From Haliotis rubra (lineage: Eukaryota): DNA of 64,000 nucleotides. The stretch spans positions 1,302,001 to 1,366,000 of the forward strand of contig NW_025767479.1 in assembly GCF_003918875.1 (NCBI RefSeq), given 5' to 3'. A model generated the notes under the pieces. It had not been told where the DNA came from, ran no database searches, and saw only the letters and a list, made by a program, of their open reading frames with translations. This document shows, one piece after another, positions 38,501 through 49,133 of this stretch. The translations under genes and the position numbers were made by a program. Each line of letters begins with the position of its first letter. Positions within the stretch are counted from its first letter, which is position 1.

Positions 38501-41500
38501 AACCATAAAAATCGGATTACTTGGGACGACTTCCGGCCAGTAAAACTAACCAACGATTTTGAAATGAAAGGTAAGTTATCACAAATAAAAATATATCCGT
38601 ATTTGAAAAATGGGACACATGGAATTCTGGGAGTTGGAGCGATTCCGCATAATCCTAACCCTAACCTTATTCGTTAAACTACCCTTAAAGAAGATAGTAA
38701 CGTGTATCCAAGGGTTAAAAAAGTAAGTACGCTAAGAAAGCGAAGTTCTATAGTTTTCAAAGATGGCGGAAGGTATCCGGCAATCTGTAATCTTACCCCA
38801 GTTTCTTATGTGACCAAATTCACTTGTGTTACATGTAGTCCTGTAATGATTCACTCAGGTATTTGGGGTGGTGGGGTAGCCTAGAGGTTCGATCAAACCT
38901 GGGTTCGAATCCCCACATGGGTACAATGTGTGAAGCCCATTTCTGGTGTCTCTGCCATGATATTATATTTTGCTAAAAGCAGCGTAAAACTAAACTCACT
39001 CACTCACTCCTTGTCTTCATCTGCTAGTAAACTATGGTTACAAGATATTAGCCAACTGACAGTCTTCTTGTGTCTGTCAAGGTACGTCAAAAGCAGGTGT
39101 GAGGACACAATAATTTTGTGTTTGTAATCTGAACACCAAAAGTAACATCATGTGAATTCTGCATTCACAAGTTCACTCACTAACTCACGTATTCAGTAAA
39201 TTCAAGCAGTATTCCTGCATGAATTCAATTCATCCTTCATGATCACTATATGACGACTAATCTCTGTGTTAGGACCAAGATCCTTTATAATACTCAGATA
39301 CATGCAGCACTTTGATCATTGGTAGGACTCTGATTCATGTTTGGATTTAGATCAATGTCTGGACTCTGACTTCAATGTGTGATAGGTCTCAGATCCAGGG
39401 TAAGACTGAGATTCATGGATGCCATACTGTTAATACAAAACCAATTCTGTCCTGAAACAGGAGACATGATCCCCAAGTATCGCGAACTGCTGCTAGCTGC
39501 CGTCTTGTCAGGAGCTCGGAGTGATGATGCCATGGTCCGTGCCAGCAGTTTGTCCAATCTGGCCGAGATGTGCAAGCTGTTGAGGTTCTCCCTTGGAAAT
39601 GTGCTTCATGAGGTGTGTACCAGTGGAACATTTTCTTGGGGGACATTTGAAGGTGTTTTGAGTTGCTGAGAGGTGTTTGCCATATTTTGTTCATAAAAAG
39701 ATACATAATACAATTGTATGAGATAGAATAAGTACTGGTATTTAATGTTAAATTCATAGAGAATACTACACGAGGTCTCATTACATACGAATGATACGAA
39801 ACGAGTGTCCTTCCTATGGTATCTGACTGACCAATGGCGAGGTCAGATAACATAGGAAGATCACGAATTCAGATCATTCGTATGTAATGAGACCAGTAAT
39901 ATTTTATTTATTACCCCGTCTTACATGCATTAAATTGACAAAATAGCGTATTTTTGTTATTTTTGGTTTCAAACCGAAACCGGTTTCATAAAGAGGTTCG
40001 CGGAAGAGTTTTGTATTGTAGTACAATATTTGCATGGCGTCACACTGTAATGATGTCACTGCCATGGTAACCGGCGCCACGATGCATGTCAGTTGTCATC
40101 GCCTTCGTACAGCCTCCTACAGTAAACTACTCCGTTGCACCCGTTTCTTGGTTTGCAGTTGCTTCATTAGGCTAACATCACTGGTGGAAACATTGCGTTT
40201 ATGTTTTTAGACAGATATAATGTCTCAGTTCGACTCACAATTAAACAGCGACGCGGCAGCGTTCGCAATGTTTACTTTCCCACAATGCATTTAAGTTATA
40301 GAATGAATGAATTCACGTGTTCGTTATGAATGAAAAAATAGTTAAGTGAGACTGTGACCTAATAGAGGTCATGGGTTATCCAATCAAATCGTTAGAATCT
40401 CAGGTCAAGTCGTTACGACACAGGTCAACGCGATACGACACTCGTGTGACGTACGAGATTAGTATGCAACTACCCATACGTTGACCACGTGGGTAATAAA
40501 ATGTAATATTAACCCAACTGTTTGCTGTACATATTGGATGCAAAAATGTGTTGTAAAGAATATACAAATTTGTCTCCTTTCAGTAAAACAAAATTATGTG
40601 TCTGAAATCACTAACCACTAAAATTAATACTCTGGAATACATGTGTAATATTATATGGTTGGTACTTGATGGTTACACAGCCCTGTACCTGACACATGTT
40701 TTTATACATGTCAACCATGGAGGCATGAACACTTTATTAATACAATTCCACTACTCCCTAGGTGTTTGAGTGCTGCTCCAGCATTGTGAAGACTGACCCT
40801 GACCCAGAGGCCAGGAAGGCGGCCATCTTGACAATCACCCAGCTATTGCAAGGGTTGGGAGCTGATGCACCCAAGGTGAGTTGGCAGCAGACATATGAAC
40901 TCTTTGATGTCAACTTTTGTAGTGTGAGAAACTTGTGAATGCAGAATTAACATGAGGCAATATTGGTGTTCTGATTACAACCACAAAATGATTGTGTCCT
41001 CACACCTGCTTTTGACCCACATTGACAGACACAAGAAGTACTGGCAGTTGGCTAGTATCTTAACCATAGTTTACTAGCAGATGAAGGCAAGGAGGAGTAT
41101 GGTTTTACGCCGCTTTTAGCAATATTCCAGTAATATCACACGGGGAAAACAAGAAATGGGCTTCACACATTGTACCCATGTGGAGAATTGAACCAGCACC
41201 TTTGGTTTGACGAGCAAACGCTTTTACCTTTAGGCTACCCCACCGCCCCTGGAGGCGAGTGGGTCATGGTTTTGTCTTTCAGAATGGCAACGGACCGCCT
41301 CCGTGGTGTAGTGGTTAGAGCATCCACCCGGAGAGCGGAAGGTCACAGGTTCAATCCCCGACCCCGTCCTACCAAAAGACGTTAAAATATGGTACTTGTT
41401 GGTCCCTGCCTGGCGCTCGGCATTACTGGGTACAACAAGGACTGGTCGGCTCGGAGTCAGTATAATGTGTCTGAGTGGGGTATTCATGCTTCACTGCGTC

Positions 41501-42628
41501 ATGGTTTCTCAGTGGGCTAGCACTATAAAACCAGCTTAAGTCTGGGCTAGTACAAGCAGCCACACATACACATACACATGCATGCACGTCGTCATATGAG
41601 CGAAATATTCTCAAGCACGACGTTAAACCCAATTTCACCTCACCTCACCTCAGAATGGCAACGCCATTCTCACCCTGCATGGGTCATCAGTGTTCATCTA
41701 CAGCAGCACAATATAATTAGAATGCCAGGGACGGCAATGAGCAAGGTTGATAGTACTTGTCTCGGAAATGTCCCGGGTCCTCGGTGTGACAAGCGAACAC
41801 TTTAACCACTAGGCTACCCCACCGCCCCCATTGAAGGCAAGGAGTGTTCGGGACTAATGTGATCATTGTCTTCTGACTTCCATCTTATTGGGTATTTTAT
41901 AATGCTTGTGTTAATGTTCCAGAAATAACCACTAATTTCTTATGACTACACAATGCCATTTGAAATGTGGTGAAATGTAAAAGTGGGATTACACTTTCTC
42001 AGTAAAGGACAGAGTGGGCTGACTATGTGTGATGGTGATTAGGTGCCTGACTCAACCCGGACTCAACCCAACATAAGTACTAAAATCTGTACTTTACTGA
42101 GAAAGTTTAATCCCAAATATAACATACGTTTCATTTCCTATGGTTTGACACTACTGTTGAGACCTGTGAAGATCCGGGTTAAAATATTGGCCTTCAGTAA
42201 CCCATGCTTGTCGTAAGAGACGACTAACGGGATTGGGTGGTCAGGCTCGTTGACATGGTTGACACATGTCATCTGTTTCCAATTGCGCAGATCGATGCTC
42301 ATGCTGTTGATCACTGGATTGTCTGGTCCAGACTCGATTATATACAGACTGCCGCCACATAGCTGGAATATTGCTGAGTGCGGCGTAAAACTAAACTCAC
42401 TCACTCACTACTGCTGATGATTCTGTGTCTGTCTGTCCACAGTTTCTGGGGTCTCTGCTGCGAGACCTGTACCGTCTCCTGAAGCTGGTTCACGTCTCCG
42501 ATGAGGATGACATGGTGCGCACTCACACCCTGCTGGCTCTCAACGAGCTGGATGTCATCATGAGGGGAGCGCTCTTTCCTCAACAGAAACTGGAGAAGAA
42601 GATCACGATCTTGCACCCAGACTCTTGA
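20435..42628 (+). CDS. TANGO6: Transport and Golgi organization protein 6 homolog (Rtp1/TMCO7 family), 16 coding exons, ~1250 aa
   Basis: Exons 20435-20522, 21447-22527 (frame break near 22290), 22854-22989, 24023-24150, 28554-28716, 28995-29071, 29315-29427, 31745-31936, 32540-32651, 33190-33411, 35637-35762, 36419-36604, 37655-38330, 39461-39612, 40762-40875, 42443-42628. Family motifs: LQFTVCLGICP..GVGIPVERRS, PPWLRQVCG.LM..ILMRP.G, DPEIPVRGHGL, DSYLYLASVNGL (RTP1_C1-like), RASSLSNLAEMC, LRDLYRLLK. Confidence 0.93.
21447..22527 (+). CDS. TANGO6: TANGO6 exon 2 (contains a frame break at ~22283-22384)
   Basis: TTTTTCAG| acceptor; ORFs 21551-22384 and 22327-22611 are in different frames and both look TANGO6-like; donor AAG|GTAAGT. 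Confidence 0.85.
22854..22989 (+). CDS. TANGO6: TANGO6 exon 3
   Basis: SKDKGKQLPVSPPWLRQVCGRLMTDILMRPKGLLHVLQGMLPPGP. Confidence 0.92.
23050..23626 (+). mobile_element. Helentron-associated (HINE/DINE-like) element with two ~167-bp internal repeats
   Basis: TCCGTCC microsatellite head, tandem core repeats, 3' end GCGGGGGATAT...CTTGTT. Confidence 0.65.
24023..24150 (+). CDS. TANGO6: TANGO6 exon 4
   Basis: ...DWQRSQAIAMVIAHCPMQTASVEEYYKHISPQ. Confidence 0.92.
25166..27720 (+). mobile_element. Kolobok-like DNA transposon derivative
   Basis: TTAA|AG...CT|TTAA ends with imperfect TIR; internal THAP remnant; internal direct and inverted ~130-bp repeats. Confidence 0.72.
25468..25640 (+). pseudogene. 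THAP zinc-finger remnant of a transposase
   Basis: MPNCCFVLNCS*...MHRFPQDPAVRAKWVMFV...YLCSD with a stop and a frameshift. Confidence 0.8.
27860..28030 (+). mobile_element. SINE family A, full length
   Basis: tRNA-Asp(GTC)-like head; imperfect TSD TCATTGYAACCT. Confidence 0.9.
28554..28716 (+). CDS. TANGO6: TANGO6 exon 5
   Basis: IRGLLHHSDPKVTQRFLRVIV...LLDPLVSPLQQCVDSH; donor overlaps a SINE tail. Confidence 0.9.
28717..28856 (-). mobile_element. SINE family A, 5'-truncated, inserted in TANGO6 exon 5 donor
   Basis: TSD CATGGTGAG at 28713-28721 and 28857-28865. Confidence 0.88.
28995..29071 (+). CDS. TANGO6: TANGO6 exon 6
   Basis: GTSVTSKIQVVACGKTLTRCIEDIYK. Confidence 0.88.
29315..29427 (+). 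CDS. TANGO6: TANGO6 exon 7
   Basis: VYVISTEARDCLWPVLRRYVAVLFQLYFSSKEGVSHL. Confidence 0.9.
29655..31708. repeat. 11-bp minisatellite (TGTTGCTGTAA / TGTTACTGTAA), ~2 kb
   Basis: Directly visible; fills most of TANGO6 intron 7. Confidence 0.97.
31745..31936 (+). CDS. TANGO6: TANGO6 exon 8
   Basis: SSCEDILITFLKQAEP...LMFQPGDSGGLRAVLAPSD, phase 2-2. Confidence 0.9.
32540..32651 (+). CDS. TANGO6: TANGO6 exon 9
   Basis: CEEDGICVETRVRCLVELVKHLQDSSVTGDFFIKLLQ. Confidence 0.9.
33190..33411 (+). CDS. TANGO6: TANGO6 exon 10
   Basis: ELTMMVSS...RLIVLNLLASMCEELGPSCLNKTQHILAFVR |GTAAGT. Confidence 0.9.
34148..35666 (+). repeat. 60-bp minisatellite (~25 units) derived from the TANGO6 intron 10/exon 11 junction
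   Basis: Unit GGAGTTTAGATGTGACATGTRTGGTTACAG|GCGACTCTGGAGCGAGGTGTAGAGGTGTGT. Confidence 0.96.
35637..35762 (+). CDS. TANGO6: TANGO6 exon 11
   Basis: ATLERGVEVCRATMEELTGLFESETLSMAMGLLTAVMGGAVQ; first 30 nt equal half of the upstream 60-bp repeat unit. Confidence 0.9.
35779..36220 (+). mobile_element. LINE 3' fragment (Rex1/Babar-like)
   Basis: FYVAFIQSILTFSFHCWYGSL...IVNTASKITG resembles the post-RT region; ATTAAA then (ATTCT)n tail. Confidence 0.7.
36419..36604 (+). CDS. TANGO6: TANGO6 exon 12
   Basis: VEEADRQMMQELLPLL...EMADDIRIAIATRGAVWSE. Confidence 0.92.
36855..37514 (+). mobile_element. Helentron-associated (HINE-like) element
   Basis: CTCCGTACGTACG head, TGACCTT-containing core repeats, 3' hairpin TGTCAC...GTGACA then CTTGTT. 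Confidence 0.65.
37655..38330 (+). CDS. TANGO6: TANGO6 exon 13
   Basis: Contains ORF 37712: KPLIEVI, DPEIPVRGHGL, DSYLYLASVNGL, RMKLGESL. Confidence 0.94.
38394..38797. mobile_element. Merlin-like MITE
   Basis: TIR GGTACAGTTACAGAATACCGGATACC / GGTATCCGGCAATCTGTAATCTTACC; 8-bp TSD CCAGTTTC at 38386-38393 and 38798-38805. Confidence 0.8.
39461..39612 (+). CDS. TANGO6: TANGO6 exon 14
   Basis: DMIPKYRELLLAAVLSGARSDDAMVRASSLSNLAEMCKLLRFSLGNVLHE. Confidence 0.94.
40762..40875 (+). CDS. TANGO6: TANGO6 exon 15
   Basis: VFECCSSIVKTDPDPEARKAAILTITQLLQGLGADAPK. Confidence 0.93.
41095..41831 (-). mobile_element. Composite (dimeric) family-A SINE with a nested SINE
   Basis: 13-bp TSD TGAAGGCAAGGAG at 41082-41094 and 41832-41844; tRNA head + spacer + complete SINE A. 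Confidence 0.75.
41293..41649 (+). mobile_element. SINE family C (tRNA head, probably Meta-SINE type, (TCACC)n tail)
   Basis: A/B boxes; 14-bp TSD TCAGAATGGCAACG at 41279-41292 and 41650-41663. Confidence 0.85.
42443..42628 (+). CDS. TANGO6: TANGO6 exon 16 (terminal)
   Basis: FLGSLLRDLYRLLK...LFPQQKLEKKITILHPDS*; AATAAA at 42871-42876. Confidence 0.93.
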   Translation, partial: FLGSLLRDLYRLLKLVHVSDEDDMVRTHTLLALNELDVIMRGALFPQQKLEKKITILHPDS

Positions 42629-43359
42629 CACAGGGAACCAGGACGTGGTGCTCAACTGGCATTTGTGCCAGTTTAACATGAGTGAAGTTGAACATGAACA
42701 TTCCATCCAGTTGGACCTGTCAACCTTGCACCGTGTTGGTGCTTTGAACCAGACTTTGATTTGAGTGACTGTTCAGTTTGGCAACAGTTTGGCATTAAAT
42801 ACCAAGCAAACAAACCAACAACAGCATTTAGGTCTGGATATGTCTATCCCTCATGCAGTAACATATTGTAAATAAAGAATGATTCTATAATATGTGTATA
42901 TTTATTATTTGTCCAGGCCTGGTTTAACTTCTTTGAGTGGCATTTTTAGAAGTTGGAGAGTCAGATAAAGACAACCTGTATGGATAAACTTCTTTATTCA
43001 AAGAAGCTGTTCATTCATAAAGTTTGTCCTTATCTGGGTTTTTGTCACTATTTTCAGAGAAGCATGGCTGAAAGTTTGCACATATACCAGTAGATAAACT
43101 TACAATTTTGCTTAGTTTGAAGAAGTGCCTGTTATAAACAGATATTTACAATTTAAAAAAATGTTTTATGAGAGATATTTTTTAATCTGAACTCAACATT
43201 TCAGTCTTGCCTCTCAAATTAACCATAAAGATATGTTTGATAACTTGTCTCAGTTTGAAATAGAACATAAAGCAGTTTATCTAACAAAACCCACCTTTAG
43301 GACACAAATATTGTGTCGAGTAAAGGATTTATTTTATTCATTTTGGGTGACATGATAGT

Positions 43360-43486
43360 TTATTCTGGCACATATCCAGCAGGGTAGTTGATCTTGACAT
43401 TGGCGGGACAGTTGGGGGTGGGGCAGCACTTCCCGGGGGCGGGGTTGTCCAAGTGGCAGCTTGGCAGCAGGTTCCAGCTCACACAT
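43360..43486 (-). CDS. ShKT-VWC gene exon 9 (VWC 2, C-half, stop)
   Basis: CVSWNLLPSCHLDNPAPGKCCPTPNCPANVKINYPAGYVPE*; AATAAA at 43328-43338. Confidence 0.9.
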
Positions 43487-46400
43487 CTGGGGAGGATAAT
43501 GTTTTACTTTAGATTGGTTTTGTCATTAAGTTAAATTATTGTACCAAGGGTATTGCTTGATTAATTTGATTAAGATTTGATTAATATCATATGAGTATGC
43601 GAAAATCATAGGTGTTCAGGATCTCATTAATATGCAGGATCTTATTAGCATGCTAAGGTCATAGATGTTCAGGATCTCATTAATATGCAAAGGTCATAGA
43701 TGTTCAGGATCTCATTAATATGCAAAGGTCATAGATGTTCAGGATCTCATTAATATGCAAAGGTCATAGATGTTCAGGATCTCATTAATATGCAAAGGTC
43801 ATAGATGTTCAGGGATCTCATTAGCATGCGAAGGTCATAGATGTTCAGGATCTTAAGGTCATAGATGTTCAGGATCTTATTAATATGCAAAGGTCATAGA
43901 TGTTCATGTTCAGGATCTCATTAATATGCAAAAGGTCATAGGATCTCATTAATATGCAATGCAAAGGTCATAGATGTTCAGATCATGTTAGATGTCATTA
44001 ATATGCAAAAGGTCATAGATGTTCAGGGATCTCATTAATATGCAAAAGGTCATAGATGTTCAGGATCTCATTAATATGCAAAGGTCATAGATGTTCAGGA
44101 TCTCATTAATATGCAAAGGTCATAGATGTTTGTTGCAAAGGTCATAGATGTTATGCGAAGGTCATAGATGTTCAGGATCTCATTAATATGCAAAGGTCAT
44201 AGATGTTCAGGATCTCATTAATATGCAAAGGTCATAGATGTTCAGGATCTCATTAATATGCAAAGGTCATAGATGTTCAGGATCTCATTAATATGCAAAG
44301 GTCATAGATGTTCAGGATCTCTGTAATGGATGACTCCGAGAATTGTTGCTGTGTATTTACCTGGAATTGCACTCGTAGTGTCCTGTCTTTCCATCTGTGC
44401 AGGTGCAGCGATAGTCACAGCCGTCGACCCAAGTCTGACCCTGTTGGTAGGACTGGCCCTTGTACACACACACATCTGAAAATGTTGAGACATTTATAGC
44501 TAATGTAGCAGGGCGTAGAGTCACCCCACAGATGATATCCTCACCTTGTCAACCTGCTGATTGGTTTAACCTCTTTTTCTCATGTGGACATGGTGTCCGA
44601 CTTCTGATCAGAAGGTCCGTGGTTCGAATCCCAGCACGGGACTTGGAAATTTTATGGCCGCTACACTAACAAGAATATAGAGAGGATATTGATAGAATTC
44701 AAAATAATTAAATACAACTAGTTTTATTCTTTTCATCTTAAATTTTAGCACTGAACACCCAACGTGAACAGGCTTTACAACAATTAGGCAGATCTGTTAG
44801 GCAACACCCACCCATATTTCAAACATAAATACTGTTTTAAAGTCTCAAACTGAACACACTAGCACCTAGTTGTCTCTCAATTCCAAGCTGAAAAAAACAT
44901 TGGCAATTTATCCAACAGTCAATATATGATTACTGCCTTATTCAGAGATATATGTGATAAAAAACACTTTTTATAAATGAAAGATAAACTGTGAATGGAA
45001 ACTGAGTAAAAGAATCTATTAATTCTAAATCTGAATTCTATCAACAAGAATCAATGAAATCACAAGTATTGACCATCCAGTTGCATGGGATTGTACAAAT
45101 GAGAAAAGTGAAAATTGTTATAAAATGTTCTGTCCTAACATTACAAGGCGGATGTTGTGCCAATGGTGACAGGAGTGAAGGGTATAACGACGATTCAGAC
45201 TCAGGAAGTGTACTTACTGTTAAGGTTGGGGCAGTTGGGTTTAGCACAACACTCGCCTGGCTGCTTCATCATCTGGCATCCAGCTGGAAGATTCTTGTAG
45301 GTGGCGCACCTGGAGCAGATACGTGGGACATATCAAGGGGAGCTTCAGTGAAGCTTCTTTAATACGGACTCTCGCTTTCCTGAAGGGGACGCTTCATATT
45401 GTATCGTTCAAGTACAGTGAAGCATCTTTAATATGGACTCTCGCTTTCCTGAATTGGAGACTTCATATTGTATGGCTCAAGAGCAGTGAAGCTTCTTTAA
45501 TAAGTACTATCGCTTTCGTAAAGGGGAGGATTCAAATTGCATGTACAAGTACAGTGAAGTTTTTTTTAATTTGGACTCTCAATTTTCTGAAGGGGATGCT
45601 TCAAATTGCATGTTCAAGTCCCGTGAAACTTATTAATGCGGACCCAGCTCTCCTGATGATGATGTTATGAAGATCTACATATTTACAGGAACATTACTCT
45701 GTCGTAAGCATCAACATTTTGTATTCGGAGGGTCACATTACTTTCTACCGAAAGGAGACTCAGGAATAATTCCATATGTTTACTTTGTTCAAAATGTTTT
45801 GAAATGGATGTTTGCTGTTAGAATTCTTTAATTATGCCGTTCTCTAGAACAGTGTTAAATGTCTGTAAACACTGATATCCCTGTTTCATTGACCATCATG
45901 ATTAACCTGAACTTGGCCAGGCGCTGCATAAGGAGTGGAACATACTCTCACTAATCCTATTGGGAGACTCTTCTTTAATTATGCCATTCTCTAGAACAGT
46001 GTTAAATGTCTGTAAACACTGATATCCCTGTTTCATTGACCATCATGATTAACTTGAACTTGGCCAGGCGCTGCATGAGGAGTGGAACATACTCTCACTA
46101 ATCCTCTTGGGAGACTCCTCTGCAGTGTTATTCCACCTGTGATCTGTTGTACTTCAATGCATCCATAGTATAATGACGTGCAGTATATGATTCCTGGGAC
46201 TGGGTACTCCACTAATAAGCGACTGTGGTTACAGTGTCTGATGTGGTTCATTGTATGGAAACCACGTCCAACGTTGCTGTTTCTGTTTCTTTCAGGAGAG
46301 CCAGTTGATGACAACTCAGTTAAACAACTCACAGGTTCATATGCACAAGGATTATGTCAGTATTAAGTACATTGATGGGTTAAGGGACTCCCTCCATCCA

Positions 46401-49078
46401 TTTAGTTCACATGAGCGTACGACAGTAATTTAAGAGTACTATATAACATTACGCCAGTATTGATACTTACACAGACTGACAGAGGTATTTTCCAATCTGA
46501 GCACTGACACAGGTACAGTTTTTGTCACAGCCATCTGCCCAGGAGTCGCCTTCGTTGTATGTTTTGCCTTTGAAGACGCACACCTTGGCTGTTGAAAGTA
46601 AGAGAAGATGCACATAGTGCATGGTGTTGCTTATTGAATGTACGGTAATAACTATATATACTTTTCAAACAGTAGGTGATCATTACGTATACGTGATGAT
46701 ACGTGGTCTTAAAAAAACGATAGGCGTTAGACGACAAATATACATATTATATGCAAGAACGTTCATTTCTGTAAAACTTAACACCAACACAAGTCCTATA
46801 GTTTTCACATGCTGCGGGAAGGAGCGTCACGCACATGCGCACGGTGACATTCCTGGTTAGTCTCTGTGGGTGATTATTTCTGAAAATCAAGATACAGTCG
46901 AGTTGTCTCGATATTCATGGGACCAAGAAAAAATATCGACTTATCCTAACTTCGAGACATCCGACCTGGGCATATCATCACATATCTTATAGTTGTGATT
47001 TACTAGATTGCATTCATTGTTCGTGAATGAACTGTCGACATCGCGCGGCTATGCGTTGGGCGTTGAAAGACACTAGCTGAGATCAGTGTGCCCTGGCCAG
47101 TACACCTTATGTTTCACAGTCTGTGATTAGCACACCATGGAACTGGCTCCAAGAAACCCAATATGTTGCGGATTGATACCCATTAGGGCGGCCCAGATCA
47201 ACAAGAGTAGAGAATTGACCTGAAACCAGGCTCCATGAGATCAACCGATTTACCACTGGATCGGTTATGGTGTCCAGTAGTGGTGGGAATTGGTTAAAAT
47301 CTCATAACTGATGATTGGTTTATGACAACCGACCAATCATCGAAATAATTGGTTAGCGTCATTTATAAAATTTTCCTGGTTATGTTTCTTAATGCACAAA
47401 ACATAAAGAAAAAATATGTAGTTCTTTCTGGGTTTTTTTTGGCAAATTTCACATCTTTACAGGATGACTGATACCTTATGAACATAAATTTCCCGGACTC
47501 TTTAAGATAATTTCACTCATGGCTTGGAATGAGCTAGTAGTGCTAATGCAATGTAACAGACAAAACCAACCTTGTGAAAAATATTGTTAATGCAAACAAG
47601 TGTTCCAAAATTGTTTGTGTTCGATTATGAGAAAACATGATCGATTTCTTGGTCGTTTACTCATTGCAACCAATCTTCGATTATTTCAATTAATCGGACC
47701 ACCACTAGTGTCCAGTGACATCACTATGTCAGCGCGAACAGAGCCCCCATATTGTGACGGATCACTGGACAGTACTATGGGGACAACTTACTAACCATTA
47801 TTGTCCCGTTTGATATGTGAGTAAGATGGGTGTTATGCTGCATTTAGCAATATTCCAGCAATATCACGGCGGAGGGCACAAGAAATGGGCTTCACACATA
47901 GAGCCCATCTGGGGAATCGAACCAGGGCCTTCGGCGTGACGAGCGAACGCTCTTACCAATAGGCTACCCCACCGCCCCTTGAGTGGGTCGAGGTTTTGTC
48001 TTTCAGAACAGCCACGCCTGTGCTCACCATGCTCAGACTGTCAGTGCTCACCTCAAGCAACAAACTAATTAGAATGCCAGGGACGGCTATGAGCTAAGTC
48101 GAAAGTACTTGTCTCTGAAATGATAGTGAAACGTGGACGCCATAGATAACACATGTTGGCGGAACTTGGCCAGGCGCTATAAGAGGAGTGTTACAGACTC
48201 CCACAACCCAATGGGGAGAGTCCTTCGCAGTGTGCCTCGTCCGGTGAACGCATGTTTGAGAAATCATGGCGATATTACGCATTACTGACCCAAAAAAGTC
48301 AACTTAGAATTTTCTCATTTTACCCATATCCTTTTAAGTTCGTGGGCGGACTTAAAATCTACTGCCATATTTTACTAAAGCTTGTCATGTGTTCCGAATT
48401 CTTTCATTACTATCATATTATATATCTATTACTAAAACTCATATTTCTCACAGGGGCGGTGGAGTGGCCCAGTGGTTAAAGCGTTCGCTCGTCACGCCGA
48501 AGATCGATTCCCCACATGGGTACAATGTGTGAAGGCGTAAACCTAACTCACTCACTCATGTTTCTTATATTACTGGGAGTTCTAAGTTATTATATTTGAA
48601 GGGTATACATGTTATATATTAAACTCATTGTAGTAATGGGTTCCAAACTGTTGTCTTAACGTACGTTTTTATACTAATATTACTATAATTATATTTTTGG
48701 TAACAAGAGTGAAATGTCTTGATGGAGCGTGATATGTATGTTGATATGTTACAGGAGAAGAATAAAGAGATTCCATAAAATGCTGACTACTTACTTGTTC
48801 CTGTGATTGCACCATTTGCCGCTGAAAAGAAATAATAAAAGTGTTATAATTGAATACGCATGCTCATCAGAACGCCATTGATCTACCTTCCAAAACCTAT
48901 TCAGACACTATTTCCCATAATATGTGAACATGTAATTAAGTTCGAGAGCCTAATGTTGTCACTTTGGTTGTAAAATTATATTTATGGGGTTAAATTTACA
49001 TTTTGGAGTATATATCTCTTTTCCAATCATTCTATATTTCTTCTTAAAATGTTTTGTGGTCTACATAGGCGGATCCAG

Positions 49079-49133
<55 letters not shown>

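Noticed and set aside
38651-38667. Telomeric (CCCTAA) repeat
   Set aside because: Only about two units, internal to a TIR/TSD-bounded MITE.
20435-42628. TANGO6 as a pseudogene
   Set aside because: A single frame break in a poorly conserved linker; all other exons and splice sites are intact.
44586-44642. tRNA-Arg(TCT)-like sequence
   Set aside because: Only the 3' half with a B box is present; a degraded SINE head or pseudo-tRNA.
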